Part shown: positions 12,345 through 27,022 of the stretch, in pieces | Numbering within the stretch: position 1 is the stretch's first letter | How the letters are laid out: each line of letters begins with the position of its first letter | Assembly: GCA_002104905.1 (NCBI GenBank) | Contig: MCFE01000068.1 | Span: 1-64,000 of the forward strand | DNA from: Basidiobolus meristosporus CBS 931.73 | Taxonomy: Eukaryota > Fungi > Basidiobolomycota | Length of the DNA stretch: 64,000 nt | Direction: 5' to 3' | Program-made: the position numbers and the translations under genes | The notes under the pieces: model-generated | The model's database searches: none | Told to the model about the DNA's origin: nothing | The model's input: the letters and a program-made list of their open reading frames with translations, nothing else

Positions 12345-14245
12345 ATGAACGATGCTTTCTGTTTCTCTTTGCTCAAGATCGCCACTGCGCAAATAATCCA
12401 ACAGTCCACAGCATTTGAGCGGATTCACGGTTCCACTTGTTCCACTGTAACCGACGTGCTTGCCCGGTACTTGTCCCTTTTGGGGAGTGTCGCGAAAGAG
12501 TATTCTCACAATGCAAATAGAAGTAAAAGTAACGCTTTAGATGTACTTCAAACGCTTGTCGATCTTGGTGTGGACGTGGATGATTTACATCAGTGGTTTG
12601 AGGAAACGATGGAAGCCAAATCAACCAATGCTCCTAAAACACATAACACCCAGTTAACTTTACAGAGTAAGTGCTTACGAAATTTCCCAATGAGTTCCAT
12701 GAAAATTGGACTGACGCGTTCCCATCTACTTCTTTGAAAATGTAATCTAGACCTATACAGCAATAATTGTATGACTGACCCAGAGGATTGGTTAGTGTAT
12801 GAGTACCGGGAGGTTCCAGAAGGTTTGACTTTATCAAATCAAGAGGAAAGCGGAAGTTCGGATATAGGTAACGCCACAGAAATGGTTTCCGATTTATCTA
12901 GCGAATTTCCAGACTAATTCCCTTTCCAAATGTCTCTTTAGACACAGAAGAACGAGAAGATGCACACCTTGTAGGAGCTGGGGGTTCCTCACCAAACTCT
13001 AAGGAAAAGAATTCCCATTTGAACACAGAATTAGACAATCCAGATTCTCCAACGGAGGCCCATCCTATGGAGGTGGAGCCTACCGGATTTGTGAAAAGCT
13101 CAGAGACCAAAAGCTGCAGCAATGAGGCTGATTCCAAGAGGCCCGGAGAGCCAGAAACAGCAACCAACTCAACCTCGGCTACTCGACCTTTGTATATTCC
13201 TAGTCATCTCCCACCACTTCCAGAAATTCTATCCCCACAAGGAACCGAAGAGCCTGTGGACGCCGCACAGGTCCCAGAAATAACTGGCGCGCAAGTGGCT
13301 GTAGTCTCCAATACGAAGAATGATAGTGACTACAATCCATACACTCACATCATCCCGTTCAACGAATCCAAAATTGCCTCCACTTCAGATGTATCGCTAC
13401 TTTCATCCATTTCACAGATTGGTGATCACACCGAAGAATCGTCATCGAGCACACCTACCACCCCGCTCTTCGACGAGATCTTCCAGAAGGCCTTGGGGTC
13501 TGTTTCATCTCCGAACGAAATGAATGGCTCCGAGTCCAAACCAATCCCGTACTCATACCTAGAACGACGCAGAAAACAAAAAATTCCCGGCATATCATCC
13601 ACCATCTCTCCATACGACACGCTCTTCGGTAATATCTCTACACACCCATCGACCGTGGACCAAATCCTCCACCAAGTGGCCGCTCCCGAGGTACTCTATC
13701 AATATGTTTCTCAGCCGGTGCCAATCTTCCCTGCCCCCGAAATGAGCCATTTCAAAATGCTGAACGGACAGAGCTCGTCCATGCCCCCGCAGACTACCGA
13801 GGTGGACTCGACAGCGCCAACCGAAGCGCCGGTCGTTCCATCCACAAGGGCACGCGAGGACTCCATCAAAGAGCCCGTTGCGAAGAAGATCATCAAGACT
13901 TCTGCCAAAGAGAACGCCAACCATACAATACCAGAGTCCCCCCGCCCCGAAGCCACACGAAGATCCTCCACCCCGAAGATCCGGCTCAAGGTGAGCGTCC
14001 CCACACCACCCCCGCCGCCTGCCGAAGAGCCGGCCACGGCCACGGCACCAGCGCCCGTCCCCGAAACAAGAGGACAAAATGAGGAGGTCATAAATTGTAT
14101 ATGTGTAAACCCTCGGCTGGACGATGGCAACTTCATGATTGCTTGTGATCGGTGCCAGGTATGGTTCCACGGATCCTGCGTGGGGGTCAGCGAGGGAGAC
14201 ATAGTAGACACCTGGTTTTGCCAACGGTGTGTTTCGAAGGGATGA
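12345..14245 (+). CDS. TAF3: TAF3-like TFIID subunit: N-terminal bromodomain-associated histone fold plus C-terminal PHD finger; join(12345..12666,12751..12867,12942..14245), 580 aa
   Basis: MNDAFCFSLLKIATAQII...TDVLARYL...DV histone fold; two GT..AG introns restore a continuous frame; PHD CICVNPRLDDGNFMIACDRCQVWFHGSCVG...WFCQRC. Confidence 0.8.
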
Positions 14246-14283
14246 TCTATCTAACTGTGTGTTTCGAAGGGATGATCCATCTA
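14227..14283. repeat. 30-bp tandem duplication spanning the TAF3 stop codon
   Basis: gtgtgtttcgaagggatgatctatcta (14227) and gtgtgtttcgaagggatgatccatcta (14257). Confidence 0.9.
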
Positions 14284-14498
14284 TTTATTTGCCACTATTT
14301 CGTGTATATTTGAGCAGAGTTTTGATTGACTAGATCACCTCCGCGAATCCTGCGTAGCTATTTGTTTGGATAAACATTGATTGTGTAATTTATTTTAATG
14401 TTCATGTGCCGATAGATCCGTCAACATTGATCCATGCTGCAGCAATAAAATCTCAACCAAACAATTCTATGTACAATGTCTATTTGTTGGTGGTCACG

Positions 14499-16357
<1,859 letters not shown>

Positions 16358-16569
16358 CGCCCTGACTACCCTGTAGAATAACCCGCAAGTGGGACGCTTT
16401 AAGAAAAAAAATTCCGTTCATCTGTTTATTTCCTGTCACATGATCTGGCGGATTCATCTATCTGAATCGCTATGCTTATCGAATGGGATGTGTATTGTGG
16501 ACTAGATGTCAAAAATGGTTGAGATGTGTACAAACGGGCGGTCAGGAATTGGCTGACAGGCAACGGAAA

Positions 16570-18591
16570 TTACATTCGCTCTAGCGGCTTCAACCCGATG
16601 AGGCGTAGCGAGTTGCCCAGTGTGATCCGTGCGGCCTGATATAGGGCCAGTCTGGCCTCAGCCGTCTCTTTCTCGGCGCCCTTGACCCAGAGAGATTCAA
16701 GGGCATGAGATACAGCGTGGCTTAGCCTCAACGCATAGGTCACGACGTTACAGGGCTCCAAGGAGTTCATCAAGCCTCTGACCAACTGTGGATACTGGGA
16801 GATGATCTCAATTAGCTCGATTGCGGGGGGCTCATTCAACGCACTGAAATTCACGTCTGCATTCAGGTCGTGGGGCGGGTCGTGGGATGAATTGCGCTCA
16901 ATGGAGCACAGACGAGCGTGCGCATATTGCAGATAGGGACCGGTGTCACCCTCAAACGAAAACATTCGATTCCAATTGAAGTCATAATTGCGCAACCTGC
17001 GCGCCGACATGTCTTGAACAATGATGGCCGACATGCCGACTATATCGGCAACCTCCTCAGGGTTGGCCATCTTGGAATACTTCAGCTGGTTCTTTTTCAT
17101 ATGCATATGCATCAGTTCTTGGGTTTGGTTCAGGATATCCTCCAAGAACACCACCGTTCCTTTCCGAGTGCTCATTCCGGTGATCATACCGAAATTGACA
17201 TGCTTGAGCGTTTTGGCCCACGGAAAGTCCAACTTCTCCAGCGTTTTGAACAGTTGCTTGATATGGAGGTCCTGCTGGGAGCCGACCACGTAGTACATGG
17301 CGTCGAACTGATACTGCGAATGACGCTCCATGGCCGCGCCAATATCTCTCGTGAGGTACAGTGAGGTCCCGTCACTTTTCTCAACCACGACCTTCCCGAG
17401 CTTTTCGTCGGAAAAGTCGAGGATCTTCGCATTGTTGGAGTCCACTAGCAGCCCTTTCTTTTCCAGCAACTCCCTAGCCATGGCGAGGCCGGCGTTCACC
17501 TGGGATTCGCCGGAATAAACGTCAAACGGCACGTTTAGCCGCGAGTAGGTTTCCTGGTACTTCGCGATGCTCAACTCCCGAAACCTCTTCCACAGGCTCA
17601 AGGCCTCCTCGTCACCTGGGAATACAATTCAGCGATGTGTAGAATGAGATCTTTCAGGGATCGAGGTTACCATCCTCCATTCGCTTGAAATAGCCTCTTG
17701 CTTGCTCATGAATTGAGTCGTCTTCGTTTGCATCGGCCTAGTTGAAGGTTGTTAGCGAGGCCCACGTCTGAACAATCCTCGAGAGGACGATTACATTGAT
17801 TTTGACATAGACGTGGTATAGATGCTTGATTGGATCATGATCCAGCTCGGCCTCTGAGCCATACTTTTCATATCCTACTGCCAGAAGTCCTGGACCGAGA
17901 GAAGCATTAGCCATGCTAGTTGCACCTGCTTGGCTTCACTTACCATATTGTTTTCCCCAGTCACCCAAGTAGTTCATTGCCAGCGTTTTCCAACCGTTGG
18001 CTTTGTGCACATTTCTCACGAAATTCCCGAGGATGGTGCTTCTTAGATGCCCGGCATGGAAAGGCTTGGCAATGTTGGGACTACTAAACTCAACCAAGGC
18101 AAGTTTGTTCTCTCCGCTCGTGTTCTCCCCGAACCTGTCTCTTTCAGTGAGGACTTCTTTCAGAGTCAGATCTCGCAGCTTTGTTTTGGATATGTTAAAG
18201 TTCAGAAAGGGTCCTTGGGGGGAAGCATTCACAATCCAGTCATCTCTCGGGAACTGCGTTGGTACAAAGAAGAAGGGTCAATCGTCTGCTCAATTGTCAG
18301 GTTTCTCACTGGGTGGGCCTGCGCAGAACGTACCTGCTGGCTGAAACGCTGGGCCAACTTGACCGGGTTTTCTGGAAGCTTGAGCTTGGGTAGTGCAAGA
18401 GCGAAATCCCCATGGTCCGATAGTTTCGGTATCTCTAGCAAAGGGCGGATGTTCTCACTTTCGAGCCCCGATAGGTCGGAGACTTTTCTGGATATACGGA
18501 GTTTGAACTCATCCAAGGTGGTCAGGGTTCTCTTGAACTGCACCGGAACCTTGTAGGTTGCGTGAACGCCACTTCGAAGTGCACGATACAT
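16570..18591 (-). CDS. Arginyl-tRNA synthetase (multi-exon) with mitochondrial-presequence-like N-terminus
   Basis: FSSPNIAKPFHAGHLRS (HIGH), NYLGDWGKQ, GTSLYLTRD, GMSTRKG, GDTGPYLQYAHARL, C-terminal PLERM. Confidence 0.95.
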
Positions 18592-18813
18592 TGAGGCTTC
18601 CCAATTAGCTGTCCACTGAGAATTCCTATATATGACGTCCGGTTGATATTGACCAAAAATTTTTCATCATCTCTAGGGAAATTCCAGTCACTTGGGAGAT
18701 CAAGTTTTGTGGTGTGATGCAGCCTAAGCAACACCACGATATATATGTATGTACTGAGATATGGATATAGACAAAGTGGATGGGTTTCGTTTATTACAAT
18801 CTAATGTGCGTGC

Positions 18814-19487
18814 TTAATCGATGACCAATCTCTTTCTGAGATAAGGAGCCTCCTCGGTATCTTTCCGAACCGAGGACTCCAGTGCCTTGGTGGGAACGGG
18901 CTTCTCAATAGTGAATTCGGAGAGACTTTCGGCAGGGGGAGTAGCTTTGGCTTGAGTCACCTGTGGGGTAGTGGCAAAGATTTTTTCATTCCTGCGGATC
19001 TTCTCTAGCCTCTGGACAAGACGACGCTCTTCTCTCGCAATACGCTCTTTGGGCGAGAGCTAGACGGCGGAATAGAGTAGAAGGGTTAACTTGGAACTCG
19101 GGATAGTTAGCGGTGTTGAGAAACTCTTACGTCTTTCTTCTCGCTGCCTGGCTTCTCTTTGGTGAACTGGGTTGGGTCTGGGCTGGGCTTGCGTGTGGCT
19201 CTTCCTCCGTTTCTCTGCTTTTTTTTGTCGTTTTTGACGGGATGCGAGGAGCGTATCAGCTCTTCGAACGATCTTCCTTCTATCTGACGCCTTTCCTTAA
19301 GCCCTGTGCCGTATAGTTTGTTCTGTAGCGAATTTTTGGTTGAGGTGGTGTCGGGCTTCCAACCGTGAAACTTCAGACTATCCGGCACAGTTTTGGTCGA
19401 GGCGAATCTCCAAGTGTGAAATATCACCGGTCTACTTAACACCGTTGTGGACAACCCTGAATATCCAAGACAAGCCAGCTTATTCAT
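18814..19487 (-). CDS. Hypothetical basic protein, possibly mitochondrial; join(19487..19131,19059..18814), ~200 aa
   Basis: Presequence-like N-terminus (…TWRFAST), gtaaga donor and tctag acceptor give an open second exon; no family recognised. Confidence 0.6.
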
Positions 19488-19497
19488 AGCGAAGTAG

Positions 19498-19536
19498 TGT
19501 GTGTATGCGTATGTGTATGTGTATGTGTATGTGTGT
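19498..19536. repeat. (TGTGTA)n-type microsatellite
   Basis: tgtgtgtatgcgtatgtgtatgtgtatgtgtatgtgtgt. Confidence 0.9.
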
Positions 19537-19734
19537 CAAAAAGAGACGGAATCCAAATAAAAATTTCCCTGTGCTATGTGGAAATTTTCCATGTCCTAAT
19601 GGGCGGAGTCGAAAACCAGTTGGCATTCGATTGGAACGAATTAAATCAGTACATGGAAGAAAGGTGACTAGTGTGAGCCGTGTGGGTTTATTCTGGAATA
19701 AATCTGTGGTACTTGAGGCTGCTATACTGATGGC

Positions 19735-20430
19735 TCAATTTCGATGGAGCTTTTGGTACTCATGTAGAGCTTGTCCTATTTCATCAGTCATACGCTTTTG
19801 CAATAATGGGCGATAGCCAAGTGCAAACAAGATCTCGAAAAATACAAAGAAGGGGGCGAATAATAACGCTAAAGGAAAGGTGTGAGCGTGAGGTACAATA
19901 TTAGTGGCCTTGTATACGTTTGTACCTTGCGAAAAGTTGTCCACCAAAGCGGGTGTCTTCTTCTCGAATACTATGTAGGTGAAAAACAGCAATGCCCAGC
20001 AACTCAGGTGAAGGACGAGTGCTACTTGGCTGAAATTAGGGAAGCTGTGCGCGAAGCGAATAGCATAATAGGCCAGCCCAGAGAGAACTGGGAGGAAAAA
20101 GGTCTAAAAAAGAATACTCCGATTGTTACTTCGATATGAAAAGCTTATCATAAGGGAAGTTTTACTTACAGCGGCAAGTGGCTCCAATAGCAAATAGAAC
20201 AAGGTGTATATCCCTATCAATATCCAGGGCCAATCCAGTACCAGCTCCCAACCGTTCAAAGTCTTACTAAAGATTGGTTCGAAATGGAGCGTCAACACCA
20301 AAGCGGTCCAGAGAAGCAAAGGCACACATACAGTATGACAGACTATGTTGATACGATTGGTATGACATTTTCCGTAAGTGACAAACTGTCGTTCGAAATT
20401 CAAAAAATGACTCTCATTGACAGTGGACAT
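19735..20430 (-). CDS. MPO1: Mpo1/DUF962 family membrane dioxygenase (multi-exon)
   Basis: FVTYGKCHTNRINIVCHTVCVP N-terminus and APFFVFFEILFALGYRP C-terminus typical of Mpo1/YGL010w. Confidence 0.85.
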
Positions 20431-20641
20431 GTTATGACCTAACTTCTAGCAAGCTCCATGCGGAAGTCCAAAAGATATGGTGATATTTAAACCAGGCGGA
20501 GTCTAGATCTAAATCGATTTAGCGATTAGAGCCGAGGTTATCCGTGGGAAAATACCTGACGTGGTACCAAATTGAACCCTAGTTTAATGCAGATAATGTT
20601 TATGTTTATTTGAATTGCTTTCTACATTGGATGAGTATGAT

Positions 20642-22404
20642 TTAAGCAACAAGCTTAATTTTGGCTTCCTTGCGAATGGTCTCAGGCGTGAGGTTGAACA
20701 ATTCATCAATCAAGGCAGCACGGAAAGTGCCAGGTCCTTTGACATCAGCTCTAGCGGCAGCTATTTCACCAGCAATCCCCATGCAAAGGAATCTAAATAA
20801 GCTGTTAGCAGGCATTGTGACGAAGAATCAGAATTAGTGCGAACTGTACCCTCCAACGGCAGCAACAAGATAATCGTCTTTGGAGACTGTGAACAACAAA
20901 GGTTAAATAGACTAGCAATATGCTAACAACGATTCGGAAACATCTACCTGCAGCAAGACAAGCGATCACCGAGGTAAGGCAACAACCAGATCCAGTGATG
21001 GCCTCAAGAAGAGGGTGACCGTTTTCGATAGCATAGGTGCGTTTACCGTCCGAGGCGAAGTCAATGGCGCCAGACATGGCTGCCACGATTCCTACGGTTC
21101 CCAGTAAGCTGACGCGTCTACTAACATACTTGAGAAGCTGTAAGGAACTTACTTTCTCTCTCTGCCAATTCAGCAACAATCTCTGCGGCATCTGACAATG
21201 CACCGAGACTATCAACGCCGCGCATTTTGATTTGGCGACCCACCAGAGTGGCCATTTCTCCAGAGTTCCCCTTGACAATGTTGAGATGGAGTTTCTTCAG
21301 CATGCCTCCACAAAATTCCCGACGGAGTGTGGTTGCGCCTGCACCAACTGGATCAAAGACAATAGGGACATTGTGCAAGTTGGCAGATTTGCCTGGACAG
21401 TCATAAGAATTAGAACAAGCCATTCGTCCAAAGGTGTCACCGACCGACTTCGTACCTGCAATGACCATAGTCTCGCCTTGCTTGGGACTAATAGATCCTG
21501 CATTGATTACCAAAGCACCGCTCATCTCAGCCACCTGTGCTACTTCTTCCTGGGCATCGGCCATAATTGGTGATCCACCCATAGCCAACGTGACATTAGC
21601 ATTGTCATTAATCACAACATAATTGGTGATGTGGTGAATCAGAGGATGAGCCTCGCGGAGTCTTGTGAACGTTTCGATCACTTTCTCGATCATATCGTGG
21701 GGCTGCTGAGCGGATGGGGCCGGCTTCTCCAGGATACATTTGAGAGCACCTCGGACCTTTTGAGCCAAACGTTCGGCAGCATTTTTGGGTTCTTTTGAGG
21801 CGATGATTGCTGAAACGAGGGCGACTCCAGCCAGCGATTTCTTTCCAGAGGTTTTGAGCAGTGCACGCTCGATATTGGATTCATCGAGCCCACCGATACA
21901 TACGACTGGAATATCGCTATCGGAAATAACTTCCAATACATGGCGTGCGCCCTCGATCCCCAAGATGTCTCTTTTGATTTCCTTAGTCTGTGTGGGGAAT
22001 ATCGTACCCAAGCCAATATAGTCGGCCCCACGCTTAATAGCATCCTGGCACTCTTCCAGGCAGCTAGCGGTCACTCCAATGATCTTGTCTGGCCCAAGAA
22101 ATTGCCGAGCAAGCTCAATTGGCATGTCATCCTGGCCTATGTGGACGCCTTCGCAGTCAAGCGCCAAAGCGATGTCAATTCTATCGTTGATTAAGAGAGG
22201 CACTCCAGCTTGCTTAGTCAACTGATGGATTTCTCTTCCAACCTCAAGAAACTCTTTGGTTTCAGCGTTCTTCTCACGAAGTTGGACCAAGGTCACGCCA
22301 CCCTTAAGAGCTTCCCGAACGTTATCAACCAAGGAAACCCCTTCAGGAAGGAGTCCGCGATCAGTAACCAGGTACAAAGAGTAATCAACAGTTGGTTTTC
22401 CCAT
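20642..22404 (-). CDS. THI6: Bifunctional thiamine-phosphate synthase / hydroxyethylthiazole kinase (multi-exon)
   Basis: DYSLYLVTDR, QLREK, INDRID, GVHIGQDD (ThiE); HHITNYVV, DPVGAGAT, KGNSGE, ITGSGC, GPGTFRAALIDELF (ThiM). Confidence 0.95.
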
Positions 22405-22648
22405 ATCTAAACAAGCTACCAAGGAGCAAAGGTAAAAGGCCCGAACACTCACTCAGCATGGATTAAATGGGTAGATGCAGCCAAGATGAGAATAGATGAT
22501 TATGGCCCTCCATGTGATTGGAAAATGCTCGATATATCGCATGCCCTACTCTATCCAACATATTTATTAGGTTGGGGCGGACGAAGATCATTCGAACAGA
22601 ATATATGCGGTGATGAAATCAACACATGAAAGATTCGATGACCTTTTG

Positions 22649-22738
22649 TTTGATCTAGCAGAGGTCGTGGGTACGCACCAGGTTTATTTGATCTAGCAGA
22701 GGTCGTGGGTACGCACCAGGTTTATTTGATCTAGCAGA
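22649..22738. repeat. 38-bp tandem repeat, ~2.4 copies
   Basis: tttgatctagcagaggtcgtgggtacgcaccaggttta at 22649 and 22687, partial at 22725. Confidence 0.95.
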
Positions 22739-22740
22739 AG

Positions 22741-23188
22741 TCATCTAGTCTTCACAACTATGGAAGCTAGAAAGATGGGATGTTAAGACATGTAGGCATG
22801 ATACGCCGTGATAATGGCTAGAAACACTCACCGATAATGATCACAAGAAGCAGAAGCACGATGGCTGCAATGATGATTTTCATCTTGAGATTTTTACGCC
22901 ACATACGCTGACGAACATGATTGACACCGCGACGAAACTGCTGCGCTCCAGCCTCAAGGTCATCTATTTTGAAGGGTTAGTTGTCGAGCGGGCATCCACC
23001 ATCCAGAGCTGGTTCGCCTCACCGGCTTTGTCGTTCATCGAATCCAGACACTCTCCGCGCTCCATAACCCGGTTCACGTTTTCTTGCATTATATTAACGA
23101 CATCATCGACTTGTTGCTGAACAAGTTTTGCTTGGTTGACATTCGCGGCGGACCTGCGAGGGGAAGATGGAATTAGAGCCAGGGACAA
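22741..23188 (-). CDS. SNC1: Synaptobrevin/VAMP R-SNARE (Snc1-like); multi-exon, true start codon not resolved
   Basis: VQQQVDDVVNIMQENVNRVMERGE (zero-layer R), spliced DLEAGAQQFRRGVNHVRQRMWRKNLKMKIII plus a TM helix. Confidence 0.88.
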
Positions 23189-23498
23189 GCACGAACCAGA
23201 GGTCAGATACGCACATTATACTATCTGCTACAATAGAGGGCGTAAGGGGTTTAAATCAGAACTGGGTTGGATAATGGCCAGGAATTATGGTTAGATTGTA
23301 ATCTGTCCATTTTAGTGCAAGTGGATAGATGATGGCCATTTTGAGCGTTGTTGCTTGTCCTGCTTTAATGCTGCATTTGAATGAATTTTTGTGAGACATT
23401 CGAAACCGTAATATTTACCCAAGAGTCTCCTTTAATCTATCTACCACAGGATATAAAACCCCCAGTCTGCCTCATCTCCACCAGCCACATCTTCCATC

Positions 23499-23909
23499 AT
23501 GTCACACACAAAAATATCGTTCCCGCTTCATAGTGAGCTCGCAGGCGAAGGAGTAGCCATCGCTATGGATGTCGAAAACAGTGTCCGAGCCATGGATTCA
23601 CTATACAAGACCAATTTCTACCACTGGGTTCGCGATCATCAGAACATCCCATACATCGCCGTGCGCCTGCAAAAGCTGTCGAACGAGGCTGGGTTGAGGC
23701 GTCTAGCGTTGGCTATGCACTGGCTAGCCTCCGGTTGGCCACAGAGCCGCCGTAGATTCCTGTTTCAAAGCATCACATTTGGTTGGGAGGAGAGCAAGTG
23801 CAAGCATCTCGCCAGGGAGCTATTGTTAGCGTGCAACACCTCGGCTTCACGGAAGTCCTGGAAATCAAGCTATAGAGAGGCTAGACCCCTCCACGCCTAC
23901 ACAACCTAA
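23499..23909 (+). CDS. Hypothetical protein, 136 aa
   Basis: Single ATG-initiated ORF with protein-like composition filling the gap between recognised genes; no family recognised. Confidence 0.55.
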   Translation: MSHTKISFPLHSELAGEGVAIAMDVENSVRAMDSLYKTNFYHWVRDHQNIPYIAVRLQKLSNEAGLRRLALAMHWLASGWPQSRRRFLFQSITFGWEESKCKHLARELLLACNTSASRKSWKSSYREARPLHAYTT

Positions 23910-23991
23910 TTATCTTCATGTACGATTTTGTAAAAAGCTCTTGTTGTAAATTGATGTATTCTATATTGCATATGGTGAATAAAATCAGGAA

Positions 23992-24893
<902 letters not shown>

Positions 24894-25197
24894 TTTCAAC
24901 TATGTTTCGGGTGTCTCTAGACACAAGAGCCCTTATGAACGGTCATGCCTGTGGTGTAAAAAAAAGTCCACAAAATTCAATGAATGATTGATCAATAATC
25001 ACGAAAAACGAAGGCTATGAACCATGATGGATTTACCATACGTCATTGTATGATATCTCGCTTGCCAAATATAGCCCTAGTCTTCAACCCTCATTCGAAT
25101 AATCATTCTGTAAATTAAGTTATTTCGCCAAGTCACTGCACCTTCTCAACACGTAGAATCCACCTTTGAATTCTTCCTACTGCCAACACTAGCCACA

Positions 25198-26066
25198 ATG
25201 GAGAGTATCCTTTTACATACACTTACTAGAAGTGGATATTTCCGTCAATGATCTGGTTTTTCTGTCCTTAATCTTTATCCCTGTTTTACTTTGATGATGA
25301 CAGAGAGTCTTTTTCAATTGAAGGTGGGTATCTGCGAACTTTTATGCGGACCGAGTACGACTAACGTTGACTGAATCCTCAGTTCACCGCCAAAACTCTC
25401 CAAAGGCAGGCTAAGAAAGCTAGCAAGGAGGAAACTGCTGAAAAAAACAAGCTAAAGAAGGTATAGAGAGGCCATCTTACAAGGTTGAGTGGGGTTAAAC
25501 CCGGTTGGTAACACTACATATGGAATAGGCGATCCAACAAGGCAATATGGAGGGCGCCCGTATCTATGCAGCCAACGCCATTCGCAAGAAGAACGAATCC
25601 CTGAATTTCTTACGACTCGCCTCCAGAATCGACGCGGTATCTAGTAGAGTTCAGACGGCTGTCACCATGAGAAGAGTACGACAGTTTTACAAACACTTAA
25701 ATTCCACAGAGATTCACGCCTCTCCATTAGGTAACTGGCTCTATGGCGAACGTGGTCAAGGGGATGGACAAAGCGATGGAATCTATGAATCTCGAGAAGA
25801 TTTCGATGGTGATGGACAAGTTTGAATCTCAATTTGAAGATTTGGACGTCCAAACGGAATACATGGAAGGAGCCATGGGAGGCGTTACCACCATGGCTAC
25901 ACCTCAAGAGGAGGTGGATGGCTTGATGCAGCAAGTGGCAGACGAAGCAGGCTTGGAACTTAACCACGAGCTTGGAAATACCCCGTCAGGACTGCTCGAA
26001 AGTCCATCAGGACATAAAGATTACGACGAGCTGACGGAAAGATTGGCCAAACTTAGAAATCCCTAA
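25198..26066 (+). CDS. DID2: ESCRT-III-associated CHMP1/Did2/Vps46 (multi-exon)
   Basis: Spliced MEKSLFQLKFTAK..., [30 protein letters not shown]-terminal [15 protein letters not shown]. Confidence 0.93.
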
Positions 26067-26336
26067 CCCATTCCATAGTCCATAGTTGTCGAGTATTTTA
26101 ACAATGGTTTGTTTGCCCATTTGATTGTATAACTCCCCATCATAAAGAACTTAAAGAACCGCTTCCCAGAACCACAGAATGTTCCATTGTTTTGAAATAA
26201 CATCGATCAGCCAAAAAAGGCCGGATCCATAGTGATAGCATGATCCTTCAACCAACAATATGCAGCTTGGCCACTTCAGTCAACAATATTTAACTTGGGC
26301 TCATCCCACCAACCACTCGAATTGTGTGTTGCCATC

Positions 26337-26904
26337 ATGGTTTTACGTTCGGACGCCGTCTTGAAGATACTAAACTGCATATGCGGGCTGATGATGGGGT
26401 TGAGCGGGATTAGTCTGATTGTCCACGGTGGTGTCCAACCTATCATCACCGGGCTGTATTTAATGTAAGTGGCTTCACCGTCAGGGTACGACTTAAGTCT
26501 AGGGTAGTGATCGTTTTGTAGTGTCTTTGGACTGGCCGTCCTGGCCCTTGAGTTCCGCATTCCGGGCCCCATTTCCAACCAGATGCCGTTTCTTTTCACT
26601 TTCCTGGGGAAAGGGCTCTGCAAGTATCCATACTATGCATTGATTACACGGTAGAGAATACTAACCATGCTCATTTTCAATCCATCCCCCCCTTGCAGTC
26701 TATATATTGTAAGAGCCGCACTCGTACTTGATTCACTTGTGTAATATCTGGCTAATTGATTTCCCTTCTAGCCTTGGATGCATCGCACTCGATAAGCACA
26801 TCCTCAACTTGGTTGCTGGGCTAATAGTAGTTGTAGCTGGTCTCGTCTATGTGTGTCTACATTGCACTTCACTAAAGCCAAACCCTGGAATCTCCCAAGT
26901 GTGA
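26337..26904 (+). CDS. TVP15: TVP15/COPI-associated Golgi membrane protein; join(26337..26464,26522..26619,26699..26708,26772..26904); absent from the ORF track
   Basis: Spliced product MVLRSDAVLKILNCICG...FGLAVLALEF...FLFTFLGKGLFYIFLGCIAL...NLVAGLIVVVAGLVYV; the FLxxFxGxGxFYIFxG motif matches the TVP15 family. Confidence 0.82.
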
Positions 26905-27022
26905 CACTTGCTGATTTATTCATGGTGATGGTTTTCGCACTCCGCTCCGATCGATATCGGCGAATAAAGCATACCTGCATATTGAGTGATGTCTACAAGT
27001 TCAGTGTGGGGTGGAGGCCATG

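Noticed and set aside
22405-22650. TPP riboswitch near THI6
   Set aside because: No CTGAGA...ATACCCG...CCTGATxxGGATAATxCCxGCGxAGGGA-type consensus found upstream or in the introns I read
22649-22738. CRISPR-like array (38-bp repeats)
   Set aside because: Repeats are directly adjacent with no unique spacers, and the context is eukaryotic
26276-26623. 115-aa minus-strand ORF
   Set aside because: Overlaps the spliced + strand TVP15 model, which has a recognisable family motif; this ORF has none
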